Shown here: one piece after another, positions 17,141-25,268 of the stretch
How positions within the stretch are numbered: the first letter of the stretch is position 1
How the letters are laid out: every line of letters begins with the position of its first letter
Made by a program: the position numbers and the translations under genes
Virus record (IMG/VR): IMGVR_UViG_2531839454_000026
Direction: 5' to 3' (one strand)
Source of the DNA: a virus
Taxonomy: Duplodnaviria; Heunggongvirae; Uroviricota; Caudoviricetes
DNA: 26,722 nucleotides
The notes under the pieces: model-generated
What the model was told of the DNA's origin: nothing
What the model saw: only the letters and a program-made list of their open reading frames with translations
Databases searched by the model: none

Positions 17141-18100
17141 TTACTCCTTGTCCATTGCGTACAAACCATTGACCAGAGCAAACTGTGGCACCCCGTCCGC
17201 GATGAAAGTCGCATTAACTCCGCAGGCTTCGCGGATAGCGGGTGCCACAATCTCCGCCCCTCCACCGACAACCATCACCCGCCCGTAACCCGAAAAACCC
17301 GCCAGCGCGCGGATCACTCGTTGTTTCAGTGTTTCTTCCTTTTCACGAATAACCGCCATCAGGCTGTCGTAATGCGCGTCATTGTGGATGTGCTGGCGCA
17401 GCCAGGCTTCATCATGGCGATGTTCGATAATGGTATTGGCGATGTGGTGACTGGTGCGCATACCGTTAGTGGCCATCACCGACAGTACGGCATCGGCCAT
17501 CAGAGAAACGCCTACGTGTGGATCGCAAAACACCTGGCTGATACCTGCCAGTTGCCCCTGAACCTTTGCCACATCCAGCGTGGTTCCGCCCAAATCCACA
17601 ATCAGCAGGGATTCAAACGGACTCATGTCAGCCAGTGCCTTAAAGCCAGCCGGAATGGATTCAGGCATAACCCGTACGTTACGGATAGTGAATGCTTCGC
17701 CGTTCTGGTACTCCACCGGGCGCATGACGTTCGCTTTTTTGCGGTTGATGTTGGCCATGTCCGGCTGTGCGTTTGTGTCGAAATACTCGCTCAGTGGCAG
17801 GGTGACAACCACATCCACCTCCTGTGGCGTGATGCCTGATTTGACCAGTGCGTGATGAATGGCAATGACATTCACATCACTGTACTGGTATTGCGTGTCG
17901 GTCGTCTGGACAAAGCGATCGCTGACCGGATCAAAACCATAGCGCACGCCATCAAGCATGTAGTTCGCGGGCTGCGTGCCACCGAACGGCGCAGACCATT
18001 CCGACTTGAAGCTGTTCGGGCTGATGGCGTTGCGGCGTTCGCCGTTCTCAGTCCATGCCAGCTTGATGTTGGTGGAGCCGTCGTCGATACAAATTTTCAT
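17141..18100 (-). CDS. parM: ParM/StbA actin-like segregation ATPase
   Basis: 319 aa; phosphate-1 IDDGSTNIKL, phosphate-2 LIVDLGGTTLDV, adenosine motif VMVVGGGAEIV; N-terminus nearly identical in pattern to R1 ParM. Confidence 0.9.
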   Translation of the reverse strand: MKICIDDGSTNIKLAWTENGERRNAISPNSFKSEWSAPFGGTQPANYMLDGVRYGFDPVSDRFVQTTDTQYQYSDVNVIAIHHALVKSGITPQEVDVVVTLPLSEYFDTNAQPDMANINRKKANVMRPVEYQNGEAFTIRNVRVMPESIPAGFKALADMSPFESLLIVDLGGTTLDVAKVQGQLAGISQVFCDPHVGVSLMADAVLSVMATNGMRTSHHIANTIIEHRHDEAWLRQHIHNDAHYDSLMAVIREKEETLKQRVIRALAGFSGYGRVMVVGGGAEIVAPAIREACGVNATFIADGVPQFALVNGLYAMDKE

Positions 18101-18129
18101 GTCGCTTTTCCTTATGTTGATTAATTAAT

Positions 18130-18244
18130 CGTTTACGGGATTCTGAAATCCCGTTTTTGCCTGTTTTGTGCGCGCTTCATATATCGCGGCGCGTTTTTTG
18201 CTCATTTACGGGATTTGTGAATCCCGTTTCTGTCTGTTTTTTGT
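18130..18244. repeat. Two ~40-bp direct repeats, each with a perfect 8-bp-arm palindrome (ACGGGATT-N4-AATCCCGT) and a T-run, flanking a third hairpin; spans A stop and the parM upstream region
   Basis: Palindromes at 18135..18154 and 18208..18227 (73 bp apart); hairpin CGCGC-N13-GCGCG + T6 at 18171..18199. Confidence 0.8.
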
Positions 18245-21002
18245 TTCCACTGGTCAGGCCACCCCGCAGCAGGTATGCTTTGCGGCGGGCGCGTTCAGTG
18301 GTTTCACTGATTCTCTGTGCGTGCTCTGCGTCGCGGATGGCGCGCAGCATGTCAGAAAGCACGGTAACGGGTGTTTTCATGGTGTTCTGGTCTTGCTGAA
18401 GTGTGGATGCCAGGCGTGCGGCGGCTTCAGGGTCTGATGCCCCCAGCTGTTCCAGATAGCTGGCGACCGGGTTATGGCGGATCTCCGTGCTGCTTACGCC
18501 GTGATTACGGCTCAGGCGTTGCCAGAGCTGCGTGATTCGGCTGTCCGGGCGGGTATCCGGTTTGCGTACAATTTCAAATCCCTGCGGTGCAATGATGCTG
18601 CCGTCAACGTACAGACTGCCACCCCGTAACAGGTGCAGCATCTGCTGTTCACCGATATGCAGGCCGAGAGATTCAGCAGACTCCCGCCATTCTTTAGCGA
18701 GTAACTCGTGGTTATCAGGCAAAGGCCGCGGCTGTTTGCGGCTCTGCGTCCAGTTCTGCATTTCATCGCTGCTGTTTTTGGCCTGTTTGTCACGCAGCGA
18801 ACGCATCAGCGCCCGGCGTTCGTGCCGTTTCAGTGAGTGCATCCATTCATTCACTTCAATGCCGTCAGGAAGCTGCGGCCACGGTGCTGGCCGTTCTTCC
18901 GGCTGTTCTGTCCCGTTGTTGTCTGTTTCCTGTACACGGGGACAGTTATTGCCACGAGTCCAAGGGGCGGCAGGGCCGCCCTGAAGGTCAAAACCATTTT
19001 CGCGGGCGCTGTCTTCCGCTTCCGGTTTACGTCTTACCAGCTTCCAGTTATCCGGGTGCGTGCACACGCGGGAAGATTCCCCTATTTGTGGCGACCAGAT
19101 CCCGTAAATCTGTACGCTTTGCTCGCCGTAATCGTTCAGCTCTTCTGCGAGGTCGTAGGCGGTGCGAATCAGGTAATCTTTGCGTGGAACAAGTACGCCA
19201 CCCTGTTTCTCTATGTAGGTGGCAAAACATCCGGCATCAGCGGCAGCAAGAACCGCGTCCATTGCGTCATCCTTCAGCCGTTGCGGGCCTTCCGGGTTGC
19301 GTGCCATCTGGCTGGCAAGGCGACGCAGTTCACGCCACACCTGACGGGAAGGGATACCAAAGAACTGGAACTGGCGGACCCGGTGAAGGCGCGCCCAGCC
19401 GATGGCGCGTTCCACGCTCTCGGCCATTGATTTTCCGGTTTCGTGGTCAACGCGTGGCTTGCCCGTTTTCGGGTCGATGCCATCCACGGCGCGGCTGTCC
19501 AGGTTCTTTCCGATGTAGGTGGCGATGTAGCTGGTTGGCGTGCCTTTTGAGCCGTCTACGTACTCCGCCTTAAAACGCGGAGTTATGTCATCGCCCAGCT
19601 CGTGGCGGTCTTCCTGAATGGCGATATCGCAGACGTGGGACACGATGGTTTCAATCTCGTCCGGGTGTGCAAAGACCATCATATGCCAGTGCACGGTACC
19701 GTCATGGTGAGGCTCCACCGTGCGGATGCCATACCAGCGCAGACCGTCGCGGTTCAGTTTTTTGCGGACCGCCGCAAAAAACGTGTTAACCAGGTAATCG
19801 CTGGAGTCGCGCATGGTGGCCCCGTTCCATTTGGGGTTCGGATGACCGTTCTCCGTTGTTGCGTGGTATTTTGACGGGCAGGTGACAGTCAGAAACACCG
19901 CTCTGTCGCCACGGGCTTCGGCCAGAAGTTCCAGCCCTTTCATGGTGGCCATCATTTCTGCCTTACGGTGGACCGGGTTACTTACTCCCGCGTAATACAC
20001 CGTCTCGAGATCAATCGTGAACCCGTCTTCATTTTCCAGCATGAAACTTTTCAGGAAATCGCGTGTTTTCTCGCGCTGTGCGCGAAATTCACTTAATGCG
20101 TCCTGACTCAGATAGGGCGATGTTTTTCTGGAAACCAGACAGGCAGCGCGGAGTTGTTCCTCTCTCCATTCGCAACGTAAAAGCCACAGTTTGCGTTTCC
20201 ACCATTCCGCACAGGTCAGGCGAAGGATTGCGCCCGGCAGCAGTTCCGTATCCGGTTCGCTCTTGTTCAGGGCTTCGTAATGTGGCGGCATGATGTGCAG
20301 GCGTAATGCGATACGAGCCAGCATCCGGTAAGCCTTCAACATTACATCCATGGTCAGCTCGCCATCTCTGGCACCAAAGCCATCGCAGAGTGTTTCGAAG
20401 GTGCTGCTGAACATCGCCGCGGTCATGGTGGCCAGCGTCTGTATCTGGTGTTTGTTGAGCTGCGGCAGGGAAAGCAAATCGTCCAGGCGTTCGCGCCCGG
20501 CAAGGGAGCGATAACCCGGTGTCAGCCAGCGTCCGTCAGTGCGATCCAGACGTTCGAATATTTTGCGCAGGGTTCCGCGTGCATAGCGTTCCGCCTGCCA
20601 GCTCTTTTTGCCTTTCTGGCGATCGGCTTCCTGTTTTTTGCGCAGGAAAGAGAGGTGACGGCTCAGTGGTTCACGCAGATAAACAGGTAGTGCCTTTAGT
20701 GTGGCAAAGGCACGGGCTACCGGGTCTTGTTCTGTTGCCCGGCGCTTACTGATGATGCTCTGTGCCAGCTTTTCACGCTGTCCGGCTTCCTCAAGGGATG
20801 CCATGAGTTTTTTACCCATGGCGGATTGTGCGAAAAAGGCTTCTTCCTTCGCTTCCTGTTCTTCCAGTGCCCTTTTGTCTGCCTCAAGGTAGTAACGGAT
20901 GGCGCGTTGCAGGTCGGTTTCAGTTTCCTGCCTGCGCTCCGTAAATCTGGCCGGATCAATGGCTGGCCGTGGTTCATTCCAGCTCCATGCAAACTCGCTC
21001 AT
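18177..21002 (-). CDS. A: Replication initiation endonuclease A (rolling-circle, gpA family)
   Basis: VEPHHDGTVHWHMM and YIATYIGKNLD motifs; likely start MSEFAWSWNEP at 21002 (ATGA overlap with upstream ORF), ORF track start 21029. Confidence 0.9.
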   Translation of the reverse strand: MSEFAWSWNEPRPAIDPARFTERRQETETDLQRAIRYYLEADKRALEEQEAKEEAFFAQSAMGKKLMASLEEAGQREKLAQSIISKRRATEQDPVARAFATLKALPVYLREPLSRHLSFLRKKQEADRQKGKKSWQAERYARGTLRKIFERLDRTDGRWLTPGYRSLAGRERLDDLLSLPQLNKHQIQTLATMTAAMFSSTFETLCDGFGARDGELTMDVMLKAYRMLARIALRLHIMPPHYEALNKSEPDTELLPGAILRLTCAEWWKRKLWLLRCEWREEQLRAACLVSRKTSPYLSQDALSEFRAQREKTRDFLKSFMLENEDGFTIDLETVYYAGVSNPVHRKAEMMATMKGLELLAEARGDRAVFLTVTCPSKYHATTENGHPNPKWNGATMRDSSDYLVNTFFAAVRKKLNRDGLRWYGIRTVEPHHDGTVHWHMMVFAHPDEIETIVSHVCDIAIQEDRHELGDDITPRFKAEYVDGSKGTPTSYIATYIGKNLDSRAVDGIDPKTGKPRVDHETGKSMAESVERAIGWARLHRVRQFQFFGIPSRQVWRELRRLASQMARNPEGPQRLKDDAMDAVLAAADAGCFATYIEKQGGVLVPRKDYLIRTAYDLAEELNDYGEQSVQIYGIWSPQIGESSRVCTHPDNWKLVRRKPEAEDSARENGFDLQGGPAAPWTRGNNCPRVQETDNNGTEQPEERPAPWPQLPDGIEVNEWMHSLKRHERRALMRSLRDKQAKNSSDEMQNWTQSRKQPRPLPDNHELLAKEWRESAESLGLHIGEQQMLHLLRGGSLYVDGSIIAPQGFEIVRKPDTRPDSRITQLWQRLSRNHGVSSTEIRHNPVASYLEQLGASDPEAAARLASTLQQDQNTMKTPVTVLSDMLRAIRDAEHAQRISETTERARRKAYLLRGGLTSGNKKQTETGFTNPVNEQKTRRDI

Positions 21003-21388
21003 GGCTGGTATCCCGTCACGCGCTGCCACTCCTGCGAGAAAATGGCGGAAAGGCGGTTAAATTCAGCGGTGTATTCACTCAGCGAGGCACACCCGCCAGC
21101 AGTGCGATGCGCCAGCATTGCCGCGAATACGGAGGCCGGGGAGTCGTAATACGCCAGCAGTGATTCGCCGTGTGGTGTCAGGCAGTGCAACGCCAGCCCG
21201 TGTGGTGTGAAATCCACGCGGTAGCAGTCGTCTACTGTGAAATAAAGGGTGTCCGCATTCTCCGGTTTTGTAGTGCGTGCTCTGTTGTCACGACCACGGA
21301 TGTAAAGATCAAATAATCCCTGAAGAACGGGAGCCAGACGGGTGTCCTGTGTGCGCACCCATCTTGTGAAGTCATGAGCGTCAATCAT
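20999..21388 (-). CDS. Hypothetical early protein
   Basis: 129-aa ORF translationally coupled to A. Confidence 0.5.
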   Translation of the reverse strand: MIDAHDFTRWVRTQDTRLAPVLQGLFDLYIRGRDNRARTTKPENADTLYFTVDDCYRVDFTPHGLALHCLTPHGESLLAYYDSPASVFAAMLAHRTAGGCASLSEYTAEFNRLSAIFSQEWQRVTGYQP

Positions 21389-21460
21389 GCTGCAATTCTC
21401 TTTACTACAGATGTGCGAAGGCCTCCCGCCGCAAGGTGCAGGAAAGGCCCGGAACAGGAA

Positions 21461-21691
21461 TTAATGGAGTTTGTTTTGCTGCTGGATGAGCTGCTGAAGC
21501 TCGCGCAGATCATCCGCCAGATAGCTGAAAACAGCGGATGAGTAGAGGTTTGAAAGTTCGCAGCTACGCTCATGCAGCATATTGATGTGCATGATTTTAG
21601 CGACACGGAATGCGCGGGAAAGTCTGCGGTTGATTTCAGTCTGGATGTGACGACGCTCCGCGATAGCGCGGTGCTGTTTGCGGTTTGCCAT
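21461..21691 (-). CDS. Hypothetical small basic protein
   Basis: 76-aa ORF in early operon orientation. Confidence 0.4.
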   Translation of the reverse strand: MANRKQHRAIAERRHIQTEINRRLSRAFRVAKIMHINMLHERSCELSNLYSSAVFSYLADDLRELQQLIQQQNKLH

Positions 21692-21864
21692 GGGGTGGCC
21701 TCTTTGGTTGTAAGTTTTGAAAACTCACCATCCAGAGCTGCGAAACTGTGGGTGGCGAGACGTACGGGGTTCGCAGTACCGGCAACCAAAGAACCCGGCC
21801 CGACCGAAGTCGGCCCCGTACGCCCCGCCATAATTCGTGTGCGAAAAAGACGTGGCAATACAGT

Positions 21865-21897
21865 ACGCACAAAAAAACCGCTGGCGCGGTTGTGCGC
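21865..21897 (-). terminator. Candidate intrinsic terminator inside the early operon
   Basis: On the - strand: AACCGC-GCCA-GCGGTT hairpin immediately followed by TTTTT, with flanking GCGCAC/GTGCGC outer arms. Confidence 0.4.
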
Positions 21898-22027
21898 TTT
21901 GGTTGTCAGCAGGCTGCGAAACCCGGCACCCGTTTTATGAGGTGCAGCGAAAATGTAACCTGACTGATTGCGGCATGGCAAGCGGTTTTTTTGTGAGAAC
22001 GGCATACTAAAAAATCCTGATACTGCT

Positions 22028-22052
22028 CCGGCCAGCGATTTTCACTGGCCGG
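22028..22052 (-). other. 8-bp GC-rich stem-loop immediately 3' of the SPFH gene
   Basis: CCGGCCAG-N9-CTGGCCGG, 7 nt downstream of the stop; U-run is not adjacent. Confidence 0.35.
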
Positions 22053-22058
22053 GTTTAA

Positions 22059-22889
22059 TTACTTCACCGGAACAAACGGAACAGCGGTATTGCTGGTCAT
22101 GTATTGCGGCAGCGTGCCGTTCCATTTGTTGATTGCTTCCAGCTCCATAACGCCGGGATTCTGGCGCAGAGCTTCACCGCGTAAACGAATGGCGTCGGCT
22201 TCAGCCTGGGCTTTTGTGCGAATGGCATCAGCCTGTCCGGCAGCTTCTGCGCGCAACATGTTGGCTTCTGCTTCGCGCTGTTTTACTTCCTGTTCGCGTT
22301 GCAGGGTTTTCTGGTTCGCTGTGACTTTGGCATTAATGCTGTCGATCACGGTTGGCGGGTATTCCGGTTTACCGACATAAGAGAGGCTCATTACCTGAAT
22401 GCCGATAGGTGTCATTTCTGCCTGAATGTCTTTAAGTGCTGAATCCAGCAGTTCAGACTTGCCACCGTCGATAAACTTATCGGTGGTCATTTTGCTGGCC
22501 AGTCGGTTGAGTGCATCGGCGATCTTTTGGCGCAGGTCAGTGTCGGTAATGTCATCCACGCCTTTGCGGTAGGTCTGAAACACTGTGGTAACTTTGGATG
22601 GATCAACCTTGTAGGCCACACCGATGTGATAGCCGATGGTTGTGCCGTCACTCATCTGAAAGCTGAATGGCTCATCGTAGGTCTTCATTTGTTTGAAGGT
22701 CGGGAAGATGTAAACCTCGGTATTCCAGCCTGTCCAGTAGCGGCCAACGCCAACCACTTCACCGACGCCTTTATCGTCGCCCAGTTTGTTGACTTTGATG
22801 CCCACATTACCTGGCTCAACGCGATCGCAACCAACCAGCAGGATGGCGGCAAAAAGCGGGATAATCTGAAAGAGTTTGAATTTCTTCAT
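22059..22889 (-). CDS. SPFH/band-7 (prohibitin/stomatin-like) lipoprotein
   Basis: 276 aa; signal peptide with lipobox LLVGC; central SPFH-like region followed by Ala/Glu/Gln-rich coiled-coil (QREAEANMLRAEAAGQADAIRTKAQAEADAIRLRGEA). Confidence 0.8.
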   Translation of the reverse strand: MKKFKLFQIIPLFAAILLVGCDRVEPGNVGIKVNKLGDDKGVGEVVGVGRYWTGWNTEVYIFPTFKQMKTYDEPFSFQMSDGTTIGYHIGVAYKVDPSKVTTVFQTYRKGVDDITDTDLRQKIADALNRLASKMTTDKFIDGGKSELLDSALKDIQAEMTPIGIQVMSLSYVGKPEYPPTVIDSINAKVTANQKTLQREQEVKQREAEANMLRAEAAGQADAIRTKAQAEADAIRLRGEALRQNPGVMELEAINKWNGTLPQYMTSNTAVPFVPVK

Positions 22890-23089
22890 TGTTTGATTTC
22901 CTTGATGTACTTACTGAAAAGGCGAACAACGCCTGCCGGGTACAGCATGGCAATGAAAATGCCCAGCAATACCAGGAAGGAGCTGTCTGATGAAATCATT
23001 CGGGGGAGTAGTCCTGCATACAGAATGAGAGAAACGAGGACGCATACCAGCGCCCACATGTATGCGCGAAACCAGGTCTTTTTGTTCAT
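22886..23089 (-). CDS. Small two-TM membrane protein coupled to the SPFH gene
   Basis: 67 aa, two hydrophobic helices; stop overlaps SPFH start (ATGA); RBS AAAGGA. Confidence 0.55.
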   Translation of the reverse strand: MNKKTWFRAYMWALVCVLVSLILYAGLLPRMISSDSSFLVLLGIFIAMLYPAGVVRLFSKYIKEIKQ

Positions 23090-23100
23090 ATCGCGGTCCT

Positions 23101-23400
23101 TTACTGGTTAAGGAAGAAATCAAAAACCTTGTCGATGCGTTGCAGTAGCTCTCGTTGCATTGCTTCCGGCGTTTCTGGTTCACCAGGCGAACCCAGTGGT
23201 GCGCAGAAATCAGCGATTTCATGATGGAGCGCCAGGCGAATGGCTGGAGACATGGTTCTGGCGTGCTCCAGCTCATCCAGCAGTGCCAGCACGGCAGACG
23301 GCGAGAGCATTGCGCGAAACGCCAGTAATTTTTGATGCGTTGCCATTCGTTGCAGGTCAATCGCCAGTTCGCGTAATTCCTGATGGTTGATGGCGCTCAT
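23101..23400 (-). CDS. Hypothetical early protein
   Basis: 99-aa ORF, ATGA-coupled to upstream gene. Confidence 0.5.
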   Translation of the reverse strand: MSAINHQELRELAIDLQRMATHQKLLAFRAMLSPSAVLALLDELEHARTMSPAIRLALHHEIADFCAPLGSPGEPETPEAMQRELLQRIDKVFDFFLNQ

Positions 23401-23642
23401 GCTCTGGCTTCCTTCAGTAGCTGGTTAAACATGTTGGTAAGTGGATTGCCGCACCCGAACGGCATCGGGTTTATCTGGTAAGAAAAGCGACCGCCTGTTT
23501 TGCGCTCTTTTCTTATGACTGAACCGCTGCGCCAGAGTCGGCGTAACTCCGCATTAATGGCTGTGGTTGGGGTATTCAGTGCTGCGGCGATTTCTCCACC
23601 GCTACACCCCGGATTGGCGGCGATATAGTCCAGAATGGTCAT
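23397..23642 (-). CDS. Putative winged-helix DNA-binding protein
   Basis: 81 aa; MTILDYIAANPGCSGGEIAAALNTPTTAINAELRRL resembles a wHTH recognition unit. Confidence 0.45.
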   Translation of the reverse strand: MTILDYIAANPGCSGGEIAAALNTPTTAINAELRRLWRSGSVIRKERKTGGRFSYQINPMPFGCGNPLTNMFNQLLKEARA

Positions 23643-23842
23643 CTGTGTGACTCCTGTACCTGTCGGATAAGGTTCACCCGCACCACATTCGTGGCGCAGA
23701 AGTAAGTGCCGTCAGTGAGATAGATGTGATGTGCATCCTTTTCTGAACGGTGTTTGTCGATTGTGGTAATCAGGCGTTCGTCGACTTCGTATTCACGTCC
23801 TCTGGAGGTAAAACGAACGACAGGAAAATGCTTAATTGCCAT
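23639..23842 (-). CDS. Hypothetical early protein
   Basis: 67 aa; strong RBS AAGGAGG 5 nt upstream of ATG 23842. Confidence 0.5.
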   Translation of the reverse strand: MAIKHFPVVRFTSRGREYEVDERLITTIDKHRSEKDAHHIYLTDGTYFCATNVVRVNLIRQVQESHR

Positions 23843-23928
23843 TACGCCTCCTTGGCGTGTGCGAATACCTCCGCGAATGCGGATTGTTTTTACATTTTCT
23901 TATTTAACCTGTGGTTTTATTTGCTCTG

Positions 23929-24042
23929 TTATTCGCCAGTGAAAAAGCGTTCAATCTTTTTTACTGAATGAATAATTCGCATAATCCCAATGGCGCAGGC
24001 CACCGAAATAATCAGAACAAGCCATGAGATAAATATACTCAT
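23929..24042 (-). CDS. Candidate 37-aa hydrophobic peptide (MSIFISWLVLIISVACAIGIMRIIHSVKKIERFFTGE), not in the ORF track
   Basis: ATG at 24042 overlaps stop of upstream ORF (ATGA); single predicted TM helix followed by basic tail. Confidence 0.3.
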   Translation of the reverse strand: MSIFISWLVLIISVACAIGIMRIIHSVKKIERFFTGE

Positions 24043-24281
24043 GCAATATTCCCCAGCTTATACGGTTCAATATGTTCCCCGCATTCTGCGGCACAGATCA
24101 GCTCGGAAAGTTCGTTAAGTGCATCCAGATCATCAGCGTAAAAAGCCACGTCATACAGACTCCGGATTGCCCTGGTCAATGAGTCACGGGCTGCACGTTC
24201 AGCATGAGCGCCTGATGCACTTAAGCGAAAATAAAAACGCTCAAGTGCTTTGTTAATGAGAGTTTTATATTCTTTGCCCAT
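24039..24281 (-). CDS. Hypothetical early protein
   Basis: 80-aa ORF in early operon. Confidence 0.45.
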   Translation of the reverse strand: MGKEYKTLINKALERFYFRLSASGAHAERAARDSLTRAIRSLYDVAFYADDLDALNELSELICAAECGEHIEPYKLGNIA

Positions 24282-24292
24282 CGCAACGCCCT

Positions 24293-24571
24293 TTAATCTG
24301 CTTTCTGAATTTCAGTTTCTGAATCCATACAAATAATTTCGATATAGGGTTCATCGCCATTAGCCTGGCGTGCCTTTTCAGCTTCGCTAATAATTTCGCG
24401 TACGGTCTGGTACGGAAGTTCCACAAACAATCGCGTGCCGTTCAGATAAAGGTAAGTAGCCACATCTTTTGCTGCCGGGACTACAGCATCAATAGCCGAT
24501 GCGCGTAATAACAGTTCACCGCGAAAATCAATAAAACGGATAAATACACCTTGTGCATGCTCTTTGGTCAT
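24293..24571 (-). CDS. Hypothetical early protein (start at internal Met MTKEHAQGVF)
   Basis: ORF track 24293..24631; preferred start 24571 lies after the stop of the upstream ORF. Confidence 0.4.
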   Translation of the reverse strand: MTKEHAQGVFIRFIDFRGELLLRASAIDAVVPAAKDVATYLYLNGTRLFVELPYQTVREIISEAEKARQANGDEPYIEIICMDSETEIQKAD

Positions 24572-24581
24572 AAAGCACCTG

Positions 24582-24923
24582 TTATAAATCAGCCTGTTTA
24601 ATAAAACTTTGCCCGCGAAGCAGACGATCAACCGTGCGTAGTGCTTCGTATAATGTGAAATCCTGCCCGAACTGATTGTCGCCGCAGCTCAATGCAAAAA
24701 TGCGGTTTCCGGTAAACGGATTGCGTGGGCATTTGTGAACCACGATTCCAGCTTTCTCAATCAGCCAGGCATGCTCGCCGATTTGTTTTACTGGGTGGCC
24801 ATCCGGCGTTGCGTGTGTATCACTCAGGCTGTAGCGGATGTTGCTGCGTGATGCACTGGTAGCGAAACGGTTAGCGTGGCGTTCAGCACCATTACGAAAG
24901 CGTGAATTACGTTGCTGTTTCAT
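24582..24923 (-). CDS. Hypothetical early protein
   Basis: 113-aa ORF immediately downstream of the cox-like gene. Confidence 0.45.
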   Translation of the reverse strand: MKQQRNSRFRNGAERHANRFATSASRSNIRYSLSDTHATPDGHPVKQIGEHAWLIEKAGIVVHKCPRNPFTGNRIFALSCGDNQFGQDFTLYEALRTVDRLLRGQSFIKQADL

Positions 24924-24941
24924 ATCAAAACTCCCTGCATC

Positions 24942-25268
24942 TCATGCAGCAAAATTAAGAAAGCCTAATCCCAAATCTTCCGCCAGCTTCTTGGCTTTCT
25001 TAAGCCAGTGATTGCGCCAATCTTTACGCTCAGGAGGAAGCTGTTTCGTTGCGTCATAGACCATTTCGAGCCACTCATTCCAAAGGATGAGAAGACGGCG
25101 CGAACTCCCTTCCTCGCCTAAAACCTCGCGCTCAGTAGTTAGAGGGATGAGTCGACGCTCTACCAACTTTCTTACGGCTGATTCGGTCTTACCTGTGCGG
25201 CGGGAAAACTCATCGACGGTGATGGGGTCTGGGATCTTAAACAATGCCCTCAATAGTTCTTCATTCAT
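24942..25268 (-). CDS. cox: Cox/Apl-like excisionase and early-operon regulator
   Basis: Start MNEELL at 25268 with RBS GGGAG; HTH segment ITVDEFSRRTGKTESAVRKLVERRLIP resembles P2 Cox; divergent from the C repressor gene. Confidence 0.6.
   Translation of the reverse strand: MNEELLRALFKIPDPITVDEFSRRTGKTESAVRKLVERRLIPLTTEREVLGEEGSSRRLLILWNEWLEMVYDATKQLPPERKDWRNHWLKKAKKLAEDLGLGFLNFAA

Noticed and set aside
18833-19573. 246-aa and 197-aa ORFs on the + strand
   Set aside because: Antisense to replication gene A; Arg/Cys/Pro-rich composition typical of shadow ORFs.
22090-23111. + strand ORFs of 96 and 194 aa
   Set aside because: Antisense to the SPFH lipoprotein and small membrane protein genes, which have clear signal peptide, lipobox and coupling signals.
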